Translations under genes and position numbers: made by a program
The notes under the pieces: generated by a model
What the model was told of the DNA's origin: nothing
Seen by the model: only the letters and a program-made list of their open reading frames with translations
Databases searched by the model: none
Origin: an uncultured Alphaproteobacteria bacterium
Lineage (GTDB): Bacteria; Pseudomonadota; Alphaproteobacteria; Rickettsiales; CAIJLX01
Reading direction: 5' to 3'
Assembly (NCBI GenBank): GCA_903821695.1
Contig: CAIJLX010000097.1
Coordinates: forward strand, 3,542-67,541
Length of the DNA stretch: 64,000 bases
In this document: in pieces, positions 29,291-37,692 of the stretch
Position numbering within the stretch: the stretch's first letter is position 1
How the letters are laid out: each line of letters opens with the position of its first letter

Positions 29291-29367
29291 GGGCGGTTAG
29301 CTCAGTTGGTTAGAGCGCCACGTTGACATCGTGGAGGTCGTTGGTTCGAGCCCAATACCGCCCACCA
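29291..29367 (+). tRNA. tRNA-Val (anticodon GAC)
   Basis: 77 nt, folded by hand: acceptor GGGCGGT/ACCGCCC, D arm GCTC-AGTTGGTTA-GAGC, anticodon arm CCACG-TTGACAT-CGTGG, T arm GTTGG-TTCGAGC-CCAAT, and an encoded CCA. Confidence 0.9.
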
Positions 29368-29538
29368 GGCTTCGCCCTCCGGGCTACGCCTGGCACCGCC
29401 AGGTGGAGCTCGGCTCTAAGGGCGAGCCTGTCCGGCATAGCTCGCAGAGCGACGACGGACTCATGCACAAACTACTCTCATATACCTTCAACGCTTCGGG
29501 TGGCTTACGCCACTAGAGTCCTATCTAAGCAAACAAAA

Positions 29539-30843
29539 CTACTCCAACACATTCAACATATTATTTGCTGCCGCATCGCGAGTGCCTAATGGCTCTAGTC
29601 CGTAGCGGGTTTGGATTAGTTTTAGAATCGAGCTTGTGTCATAGACGGTATGATCGACAAAACCTTTTTTAGCATGCGGCGAGATGATGATGGTTGGGAT
29701 GCGCATACCAGGTCCCCAACGGTCGGTTTTAGGTGGCGCGACGTGATCCCAATAGCCACCGTTTTCATCGAAGGTAATGATGATGAGGCTATCTTTCCAG
29801 ATCTTGCTCGCCTTGATGGTTTCGATAATTTTTTCGATATGCGCATCGCCGGAAGTGATATCGGTATAGCCCGGGTGCATATTAAATTCGCCCAGTGGTT
29901 TGTAAAAAGAGACAGCGGGCAACGTGCCGTTTTTTATTTCTTTCATGAAATCTGATTCATCTTTGAGATGGCGTTTTTTAGCTTCAGTACCATCAGCGAA
30001 TTGTTTGAAATAGACAAAGGGCTGATGGTGAAATTGGAAAGAGTGATCTGGTTTGCCTGCAAGCGCATCGTTCCATCCACCGCTATACCACGCCCAGGAT
30101 ATATTTTTTTCCGACAGACGATCACCGATCGTCGCCATGGTTTGTGGCGGTAATTGTTTTTTGTTGGGCTTAAATGGTGCATATGTAGGCTGCAATGTAT
30201 TCACCACATAACCATCGGGAGTGACCGGAAAATCGATCATCCTGCCGTTTGCATCTTTTCGTGCGACGATTTCTTCCGGTGGATTTTCATAATACGGCAC
30301 ACAAGCACAAATCATAAAAATATGATTGATGAAGGAACCACCGAATGTGCCATGGAAAAATTGGTCGGCAAGCGTATATTCTTTCGCATATTTCCATAAA
30401 GCCGTTTTGCTGCTGTCGTAATAACCCATTACGAGTCCACCCGCATCTGACAGGGCTGCGAAGCGATCCATTTTGCCATCATTGATTTGTTGTTGCTGAC
30501 GATAAAAACTATGCACCAAATCGCCTGTTTTCTCATTCGCCGGAACATAGGCATCAATCAGAAATGGTTTATTCGGCAAGCTCGGAAAACGCTTATCGAC
30601 GATTCTTGGAGATTGATACGTATCAATGACCGGAGGCAATGTTGTGTAAGGTTTTCCATCGAGGTCTTTTTGCAGCTCTGTTGCATTTGCTATACCATCA
30701 GCACCTGGAAAATTACCGAAGAGATTATCAAAACTGTGGTTTTCGAGCGAGATGACGATGATGTGATTAATTTTATTTAGCTTTTCTTCTGCATGCGCAG
30801 TAACCGCAAATAACAGGCAGAAAACGATAAACAATAATCGCAT
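29539..30843 (-). CDS. secreted phosphoesterase (AcpA acid phosphatase / phospholipase C family)
   Basis: Signal peptide MRLLFIVFCLLFAVTAHA. IIVISLENHSFDNLFGNFPGADG and ITFDENGGYWDHV are typical of the phosphoesterase (PLC/AcpA) family. Confidence 0.8.
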   Translation of the reverse strand: MRLLFIVFCLLFAVTAHAEEKLNKINHIIVISLENHSFDNLFGNFPGADGIANATELQKDLDGKPYTTLPPVIDTYQSPRIVDKRFPSLPNKPFLIDAYVPANEKTGDLVHSFYRQQQQINDGKMDRFAALSDAGGLVMGYYDSSKTALWKYAKEYTLADQFFHGTFGGSFINHIFMICACVPYYENPPEEIVARKDANGRMIDFPVTPDGYVVNTLQPTYAPFKPNKKQLPPQTMATIGDRLSEKNISWAWYSGGWNDALAGKPDHSFQFHHQPFVYFKQFADGTEAKKRHLKDESDFMKEIKNGTLPAVSFYKPLGEFNMHPGYTDITSGDAHIEKIIETIKASKIWKDSLIIITFDENGGYWDHVAPPKTDRWGPGMRIPTIIISPHAKKGFVDHTVYDTSSILKLIQTRYGLEPLGTRDAAANNMLNVLE

Positions 30844-30850
30844 AGAAAAC

Positions 30851-31267
30851 CTAGTTCATTTGTTTTGGTAAATCGCTTGGGCTATCGAGTGAGAAAGCAG
30901 GGATCGTAATTTCGAGCGTTTTGTTTTCAGGCCCGCTGAAATAATAATAACCGGACATGATGCCGGAGGAAGTCGGGAGCATTGTACCGCTAGAATATTC
31001 ATACACCTCGCCTGGGTTGAGCACCGGGGTTTCGCCTACAACGCCGGGGCCACGCACTTCTTTGACGAAACCTTTGGCATCGATAATTTTCCAATAACGG
31101 CTGACGAGCTGCACTTTTTGCTGACCGGTGTTTTGCATCCGCACGTGATAGGCCCAGGACCAATTTTCGGTATGGGGGAAGGATTGCGATTCGAGATAGA
31201 TCGGGGTGACCGTTATTTCGATATCGTGGGTCGTGGCAGTAAAGCGGGCGGGGATTGAGATCATCAT
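30851..31267 (-). CDS. apaG: ApaG (DUF525) protein
   Basis: ITVTPIYLESQS......WAYHVRMQN.G...VQLVSRYWKIIDA.G...EVRGPGVVGETPVL.PGE.YEYSSG is the ApaG signature. The start is taken at the ATG pair 31267/31264 rather than the track's TTG at 31339. Confidence 0.85.
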   Translation of the reverse strand: MMISIPARFTATTHDIEITVTPIYLESQSFPHTENWSWAYHVRMQNTGQQKVQLVSRYWKIIDAKGFVKEVRGPGVVGETPVLNPGEVYEYSSGTMLPTSSGIMSGYYYFSGPENKTLEITIPAFSLDSPSDLPKQMN

Positions 31268-31310
31268 TTCTCTCTTTGCTAGGAGACCAGTATTGTATAA
31301 CCTTACGCCG

Positions 31311-32102
31311 ATGACAAGCGCGATCACACATTTTCCCAATCTTGAAGTCGTAACCGCCCTCGCGATCTTTCATTATTTGCTGTTATTCTGCCGCATTGGC
31401 TCGGCCATTATGCTGATGCCCGGCATCGGCGAAACCTTTGTGCCGCCAACCATTCGTGCGCTGCTTGCATTGTTTATCACCCTGGTTGTTTATCTGCCGC
31501 TGAAAGATACATTGCCGCCACAACCCGATAATCTCGCCCAGTTGTTCGGCCTGATTTGCACCGAAATTTTCATTGGCCTCTTTATCGGCAGCGCCGCCCG
31601 CATGTTACTCGCAGTCATGCATATCGTCGGCATGTTTGCCTCGCTGCAATCGGGCCTCTCTAACTCCGTATTTTATGACCCCAGCCAAGGCACGCAAAAC
31701 GTCTCCGTCGGTACATTTTTAACCATGCTTTCGATCACCCTGCTGCTTGCTTCTGACATGCATCATTTTATGCTGCTCGGCATCATCGACAGCTACCACA
31801 CTTTTAAAGCCGGAGACTTGCCGCCCGTCGGCGATTTTTCGGATTTCTCCGCCCGATTATTCTCCGATAGTTTCCGCGCCGCCTTTATGATTTCTGCCCC
31901 TGTAATGGTCGTCGGTTTTTTCATGTATGTCGCGGGCGGCATCATGTCCCGCCTGATGCCCAGCCTGCAGATTTTCTTCCTCATCGTCCCCGTTCAAATC
32001 GCCGTCACCTTCCTCATCATGGCCCTAACCCTTTCGGCAGGTATGATGTGGTACCTCAATTTCTTTAAAGAGGGACTTTCTAAGATTTTTGCTGTGGGGT
32101 AA
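31311..32102 (+). CDS. fliR: flagellar/T3SS export apparatus protein FliR
   Basis: Start at ATG 31311 (MTSAITHFPN...). The protein is polytopic. FCRIGSAIMLMPGIGETFVPPTIRALLALFITL is the typical FliR N-terminal pattern. Confidence 0.75.
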   Translation: MTSAITHFPNLEVVTALAIFHYLLLFCRIGSAIMLMPGIGETFVPPTIRALLALFITLVVYLPLKDTLPPQPDNLAQLFGLICTEIFIGLFIGSAARMLLAVMHIVGMFASLQSGLSNSVFYDPSQGTQNVSVGTFLTMLSITLLLASDMHHFMLLGIIDSYHTFKAGDLPPVGDFSDFSARLFSDSFRAAFMISAPVMVVGFFMYVAGGIMSRLMPSLQIFFLIVPVQIAVTFLIMALTLSAGMMWYLNFFKEGLSKIFAVG

Positions 32103-32346
32103 TTTCAATCGCTAGTGCATGAATTGGGTTATTCATCAAATCCTTAAGTAACCCATATATCTGCTGATGCGCCGCCACTCGGCTTAAACCCGCTAGTTTG
32201 GAGCTGGTGATTTTCAGCCGGAAATGGGTTTCGCCGCCGGGTTTGGCGCCGGCATGGCCAGCATGGAGGGCGGATTCGTCGATCACTTCACAGCTTGTCG
32301 GGGCCAGGGCCTCGCGCAGACGTGTTTCAATTATGTCTCTAATCAT
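32080..32346 (-). CDS. bolA: BolA family protein
   Basis: 88 aa. HAGHAG...ETHF.L.I.S..F.G.SRV..H..IY.LL......IHAL is the BolA pattern. Its 3' end overlaps the 3' end of fliR by 23 nt, in convergent orientation. Confidence 0.85.
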   Translation of the reverse strand: MIRDIIETRLREALAPTSCEVIDESALHAGHAGAKPGGETHFRLKITSSKLAGLSRVAAHQQIYGLLKDLMNNPIHALAIEITPQQKS

Positions 32347-32424
32347 ATGTTTTTAAGAGCAATATAACGCCCTGCTTGTCAATATAATTGCATCCTCGAA
32401 GCAGATGGCTATGCTGCCGCAGTT

Positions 32425-34233
32425 ATGACTGATTCTACTATCGAAAAACCTTATAAAGATGACAGCCTGCAGTTATTAAACCGCCTGGCGCGCGAGCATC
32501 TTCATCGCCATGTGAAAGCATTGATTCAAGCCGTGCTCTGCATGTTAGTTGTTGCCGGCTCCACGGCTGCTCTTGCGTATATGATCCAGCCCGCGCTTGA
32601 TCATATTTTCTTTCACAAAGATTCAACCATGCTGACTTTGATTCCCATAGTGGTCATCGCACTGTCTTTCCTCAAAGGTATCGCGACCTATGGCCAATCC
32701 GTCATCATGAAATCCATCGGCCAGCGGATGGTGATGGATTTACAGGTGAAGCTCTATTCCCATTTGCTCTACGCTGATATTGCGATGTTCAACGCCACCG
32801 CCTCCGGCAAATTGCTCTCGCGTTTTTCGAACGATATTTACATGATCCGTAAAAACGTGACGAGTGTGATCACGGGCCTTGCCCGCGAATTGGTTACATT
32901 AATCGCGTTGGTTGGCGTTATGTTTTACCAAAATTTCGAACTCTCGATGATTGCGATGTTGGTAATGCCGCTCGCGCTTTACCCAATGCGCCGCTTGGGC
33001 CGCCGTATGCGTAAAGTGTCTCGCAAAACACAAGAAGACCTCGCTAAATATGTTAGCCACTTAGATGATAGTTTCCAGGGCATCCGCATAGTCAAATCGC
33101 ATGCGAATGAACAAGGCGAAATTAAACGTGCCGATAATATTATGAATGGCATTTTTGATTTGCTGATGAAGGCCATCCGCATCGAGTCGCTCCCTGCCCC
33201 TATTATGGAAACATTGGGCGGTCTCGCCATTGCGCTCGTCATTTGGTATGGCGGTTATCAAGTGATGGCGGGCGTTACCACCACGGGCGCCTTCTTCTCT
33301 TTCATCGCTGCAGTGCTCATGGCCTATCGCCCGCTTAAAGGTCTTTCCGGTGTGAACACCAATTTGCAAGAAGGCCTAGCTGCCATCAGCCGTATTTACG
33401 AAGTGCTTGATGTGCATCCGAAAATTACTGATGCACCAACTGCTGTTCCACTCGAAATTGCGAAAGGCAAAATCGAATTTGATAATGTGCAGTTTACTTA
33501 TGAAGAAGGAAAACAAGCGCTTAAAAATTTGAGCTTCACCGCCGAGGCTGGAAAACGCATTGCACTCGTTGGCACCTCCGGTTCTGGCAAAACCACCATC
33601 ATCAATATGATCACACGTTTTTATGATCCGGAAGCCGGCTCCATCCGCATTGACGATCAAGATATTCGTAGCGTCACTCTCTCGTCACTTCGTCAATCCA
33701 TCGCAATGGTAAACCAAGAAGCGACATTATTCGATGATACCATCCGCGCCAATATCGCCTATGGCATGCCAAACGCCTCCGAAGAATCGATCATCGCTGC
33801 TGCTTATGATGCCGCCGCGCATGATTTTATTCTCGCTTTGCCACAAGGTTATGACACAATGATTGGCCAACACGGCATCCGACTTTCTGGTGGTCAGCGC
33901 CAGCGGATTGCGATTGCGCGCGCAATGTTGAAGAATGCGCCAATCTTATTGCTCGATGAAGCAACCTCTGCGCTCGATACGATTTCGGAACAACAAATCC
34001 AGCAGGCGCTCGATCGGCTAATGCAGGGACGCACCACAATTGTGATCGCGCATCGTCTTTCCACCATCGAACATGTCGATTGTATTTTTGTGGTCAAAGA
34101 TGGCGAAATTATTGAATCCGGCACGCATGCTGATTTGCTGAAAAAACGCGGAGATTATGCAAAGCTTTATCACCGCCAGTTTGAGCGTCAGGCAGTGTTG
34201 CCGCATCAGACGGGGCTCGCCAGTGTTGTTTAA
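32425..34233 (+). CDS. msbA: lipid A export ABC transporter MsbA (fused permease/ATPase)
   Basis: 602 aa with a 6-TM ABC exporter domain. Walker A GTSGSGKTT, signature LSGGQRQRIAIARA, Walker B LLLDEATSALD. Confidence 0.85.
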   Translation: MTDSTIEKPYKDDSLQLLNRLAREHLHRHVKALIQAVLCMLVVAGSTAALAYMIQPALDHIFFHKDSTMLTLIPIVVIALSFLKGIATYGQSVIMKSIGQRMVMDLQVKLYSHLLYADIAMFNATASGKLLSRFSNDIYMIRKNVTSVITGLARELVTLIALVGVMFYQNFELSMIAMLVMPLALYPMRRLGRRMRKVSRKTQEDLAKYVSHLDDSFQGIRIVKSHANEQGEIKRADNIMNGIFDLLMKAIRIESLPAPIMETLGGLAIALVIWYGGYQVMAGVTTTGAFFSFIAAVLMAYRPLKGLSGVNTNLQEGLAAISRIYEVLDVHPKITDAPTAVPLEIAKGKIEFDNVQFTYEEGKQALKNLSFTAEAGKRIALVGTSGSGKTTIINMITRFYDPEAGSIRIDDQDIRSVTLSSLRQSIAMVNQEATLFDDTIRANIAYGMPNASEESIIAAAYDAAAHDFILALPQGYDTMIGQHGIRLSGGQRQRIAIARAMLKNAPILLLDEATSALDTISEQQIQQALDRLMQGRTTIVIAHRLSTIEHVDCIFVVKDGEIIESGTHADLLKKRGDYAKLYHRQFERQAVLPHQTGLASVV

Positions 34234-34915
34234 AATCGCCGCAGTTCTTATCCACGTCTATCTCAAGTTCGTATTTTTTACGAGCCGCTGGCATGTAAAA
34301 GGCTATAACGCCATTCTCGAAAATGCCAAGGCACGCAAACCACAAATTTATGCTTTCTGGCATGGCCGCACCACCATTATGCCTTCCCGAAGACCAAAAA
34401 TGCAGGACACCTATCTCATCTCATCTCGCCACCGCGATGGGCAGTTAAGTTCACAAATTTTGCAAACCTTCGGCCTCAAAATAATCCACGGCTCTTCTCG
34501 TCGCGCCGGTTCCACCAAAGACCGCGGCGGCAGAGGCGCATTAATGGAATCGTTGCGTAAACTTCGCGCCGGTAACGCCGTTGCTATCACCCCCGATGGC
34601 CCGCGCGGTCCACACATGCGCGTTGGCGGCCACATCGTGACCATTGCGAAAATGACGGGTGCTGAAATCATCCCGATGAGCTTCTCCTCCAGCCGCGCCC
34701 ATTTTTTTAAAAGTTGGGATCGACTTTTGCTCCCACTTCCTTTCGCCAATACCTATTATTTTATCGGCAAACCCATCGCAGTTCCGCGCGATGCAGATGA
34801 TGAGACAATTGAAAAGATCCGCAAACAATTAGAAGTGACGTTGATCGAGCTTACTCTTTCCGCCGATACCGCCGCTAAGCGAAAAGAAATAGCGGAGCCT
34901 GCGCCCCTTGTATAA
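34223..34915 (+). CDS. DUF374 lysophospholipid-acyltransferase-like protein
   Basis: A GTG/TTG start at 34223/34226 overlaps the msbA stop. FWHGR, ISSRHRDG and ITPDGPRGP motifs are typical of the DUF374 proteins that precede waaA in alphaproteobacteria. Confidence 0.7.
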   Translation: MLFKIAAVLIHVYLKFVFFTSRWHVKGYNAILENAKARKPQIYAFWHGRTTIMPSRRPKMQDTYLISSRHRDGQLSSQILQTFGLKIIHGSSRRAGSTKDRGGRGALMESLRKLRAGNAVAITPDGPRGPHMRVGGHIVTIAKMTGAEIIPMSFSSSRAHFFKSWDRLLLPLPFANTYYFIGKPIAVPRDADDETIEKIRKQLEVTLIELTLSADTAAKRKEIAEPAPLV

Positions 34916-36167
34916 ATTATACAAATATTTGACCGTAGTGCTCGAGCCGTTCATCTGGCTCTATCTCCGCCATCGCTTAAAAAAAGGCAAAGAAGATCCA
35001 ACACGTTTCCGCGAGCGCTTCGGTTATGCCAGCATGCCCCGCCCACGCGGAAAATTACTTTGGATACATGCCGCCAGCGTAGGTGAAAGTCTTTCCGTAT
35101 TACCTCTCATCGAACGAATCTGCGTGCGTTATCCCGAATATCATATTCTACTCACCACTGTTACCGTCACCTCCGCCAATTTGGTTGCAAGTCGCTTGCC
35201 CGTACGCGCGCTTCATCATTATTTACCCGTTGATGCGTTGCGCCCCGTCCGCCGCTTTTTAAACCACTGGAAGCCGGATGCAGCGTTATGGGTTGAATCC
35301 GAATTATGGCCAAATTTGCTGATGGAAACCCACGCCACCAAAGCGCCCATGCTGCTAGTCAACGCGCGCATTTCCGATAAATCATATGAACAATGGAAGC
35401 GTTATAAAACACTCGCCCAACAATTGCTGCCGTGCTTTGATTGTGTAATCGCCCAAACCGAGCGCGTGCAACAGCGCTTCCTAAAACTCGGCGCACCACG
35501 GGTCGAATATGTCGGCAATTTAAAATACGACGCACCCAAACTTCCATTCCAACAAGAGCAACTAGAGCTTCTCAAACGCGCCATCGGCACTCGCAAAATC
35601 TGGTTAGCCGCCAGCACTCATCCGGGTGAAGAGGCAATGATGATTGCCACCCACCGCGCACTCCAACAACAATTCCCTGACATCCTCACCTTCATCGCCC
35701 CACGTCACCCGAAAGAAGGTGATAATATTCGTTTACTTGCTGGCGCACATGCCGTGCAGCGCTCACTTAAAGAAGTTATTTTACCCGACACTGAATTTTA
35801 CATCGCAGATACGCTCGGCGAATTGGGATTGTTTTTTGCACTTTCACCAATCGTATTTATGGGTGGCTCACTCGTCGCGCGCGGCGGCCACAACCCGCTC
35901 GAACCTGTGCGCATGGGCTGTGCAGTGATCACTGGCCCCTACATTCATCACTTCACCGAAATGTTTGAAGAACTCGACAATGTCGGCGGCTTAATCCGCA
36001 GCGCCGATCAATCCGCGCTCACCGTTGCGGTGGCCGATTTGCTTACTAATTCTGCAAAATTAAATACATTAAAACAAGGCGGCGCCAATGCGGTTGCCGC
36101 TCATCAAGGGGTGCTCGAACGTGTGCTGGGCATACTTGCGCCATTTTTGCATAGTGACAAAAAATGA
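34908..36167 (+). CDS. waaA: 3-deoxy-D-manno-octulosonic acid transferase
   Basis: 419 aa. LWIHAASVGE, NARISDKS, GGSLV..GGHNPLEP are KdtA/WaaA motifs. Confidence 0.9.
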   Translation: MYKLYKYLTVVLEPFIWLYLRHRLKKGKEDPTRFRERFGYASMPRPRGKLLWIHAASVGESLSVLPLIERICVRYPEYHILLTTVTVTSANLVASRLPVRALHHYLPVDALRPVRRFLNHWKPDAALWVESELWPNLLMETHATKAPMLLVNARISDKSYEQWKRYKTLAQQLLPCFDCVIAQTERVQQRFLKLGAPRVEYVGNLKYDAPKLPFQQEQLELLKRAIGTRKIWLAASTHPGEEAMMIATHRALQQQFPDILTFIAPRHPKEGDNIRLLAGAHAVQRSLKEVILPDTEFYIADTLGELGLFFALSPIVFMGGSLVARGGHNPLEPVRMGCAVITGPYIHHFTEMFEELDNVGGLIRSADQSALTVAVADLLTNSAKLNTLKQGGANAVAAHQGVLERVLGILAPFLHSDKK

Positions 36168-37006
36168 ACCTCGCATATGTAAATGGCCAATATCTTCCTC
36201 GTCTCGATGCTGCCGTATCGATCGAAGATCGCGGCTATCAATTTGCGGATGGCGTATATGAAGTTATCTGGCTAAAAAACGGAACACTAATCGATGAAGC
36301 CGCTCACTTTAAACGCCTCAAACGTTCGCTCAAAGAACTCTCGATCGCAATGCCAACCACCGAACGTGCACTTAGCATTATTACACACGAACTGATCCGC
36401 CGTAATCATGCGAAGCAGGGTGATTATATGCTCTATATCCAAATCACTCGCGGCACTGCACGCCGCAATCACCTCTTCCCAAAAGCGACACGTCCTTCGC
36501 TAGTGATGACTTTAACGCGCTTCACGCCACCTACTGAAGCTGAAATAAATAAAGGCGTCAAAATCATTACGCATCCTGATATTCGCTGGGGACGTCGTGA
36601 TGTGAAATCAATCGCTTTATTGCCAAATATTCTCGCGCGACAAAAAGCTGGCGAAGCCGGTGCGCGTGAGGCAATGTTGGTCAATGGCGATACGGTGACC
36701 GAAGGCAGCACCGCGAATATATTTATTGTTAAAAGAGGCGTGCTCATCACTCACCCTGCCGATAATCAAATTTTAAATGGCGTCACACGGTTAGCAATTT
36801 TGGCACTCGCTGCAAAATTACAAATCAAAATTGAAGAGCGCGCGTTTACCACAAAAGAAGTGGCTGCCGCCGACGAAATATTTATATCCTCAACCACCGC
36901 CGGTGTATTGCCTGTTTCACAACTCGATGCGAAAAAAATTACTGTCGGGAAAATTGCATTGAAGCTTTATGCCGCCTATCAAGATTATGTGAGTGCACAA
37001 TGTTAA
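36164..37006 (+). CDS. class IV aminotransferase (D-amino-acid aminotransferase-like)
   Basis: 280 aa. EDRGYQFADGVYEVI, YIQITRG, DVKSIALLPNILA...A.EAGA.EA and EGSTANIF fit Dat/IlvE class IV. The start overlaps the waaA stop (ATGA). Confidence 0.8.
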   Translation: MNLAYVNGQYLPRLDAAVSIEDRGYQFADGVYEVIWLKNGTLIDEAAHFKRLKRSLKELSIAMPTTERALSIITHELIRRNHAKQGDYMLYIQITRGTARRNHLFPKATRPSLVMTLTRFTPPTEAEINKGVKIITHPDIRWGRRDVKSIALLPNILARQKAGEAGAREAMLVNGDTVTEGSTANIFIVKRGVLITHPADNQILNGVTRLAILALAAKLQIKIEERAFTTKEVAAADEIFISSTTAGVLPVSQLDAKKITVGKIALKLYAAYQDYVSAQC

Positions 37007-37692
37007 CCTATCCAAAACCAACCGCCGTATTGTTTGATTGGGATAACACGCTGGCCGATACCTGGCCGATTATTCACGAAGCGCTACACGCTACCTTCAC
37101 CGCGATGGGGCAAACGCCCTGGACTGTGGAGCAAACAAAACAGAACACACATTTTTCATTGCGTGATGCGTTTCCAAACATGTTTGGTGATCGCTGGATG
37201 GAAGCGCGCGAAGTGTATTTCAGCACCTTCCTCAAAGTGCATTTAGAAAAATTGGCGATCCTGCCGCAAGCGGTTGAGATGTTAGAATTTTTGCGCAGCA
37301 CGGGCGTGTTCATGGGTGTGGTGAGCAACAAAACCGGAAAATATTTGCGTGAGGAAGTGACCTATCTCGGTTGGGATAAATATTTTGATGTGGCGATTGG
37401 CGCGACCGATGCAGAAACGGACAAGCCTTCCGCCGCACCACTTTTGCTCGCACTAAAAGATAGTGGCATCAAGCCGGGCCAGCATGTCTGGATGATTGGC
37501 GATGCGATTACGGATATTGAGTGCGCATTTAATGCAAGCTGCACGCCGGTTTTTTATGGGCCATATCCGGTGCCGCTAGGTTATGCGGACACGCACCCAC
37601 ATCGCAAAGACTATTTAAAAACAATGCGCCACGTGGTAGATCATGATGAATTGCTTTTGTTATTCAAAGAGGTAGGCTTATGTGGAAGGTAA
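37000..37692 (+). CDS. HAD-superfamily hydrolase (phosphoglycolate phosphatase-like)
   Basis: DWDNTLADT is HAD motif I (DxD), VVSNK is motif II, and GDAITDIE is motif IV. Confidence 0.75.
   Translation: MLTYPKPTAVLFDWDNTLADTWPIIHEALHATFTAMGQTPWTVEQTKQNTHFSLRDAFPNMFGDRWMEAREVYFSTFLKVHLEKLAILPQAVEMLEFLRSTGVFMGVVSNKTGKYLREEVTYLGWDKYFDVAIGATDAETDKPSAAPLLLALKDSGIKPGQHVWMIGDAITDIECAFNASCTPVFYGPYPVPLGYADTHPHRKDYLKTMRHVVDHDELLLLFKEVGLCGR

Noticed and set aside
29323-29589. Track ORFs 29323..29589 and 29331..29516 (plus strand).
   Set aside because: They begin inside tRNA-Val and run through the GC-rich trailer. There is no RBS and no plausible protein.
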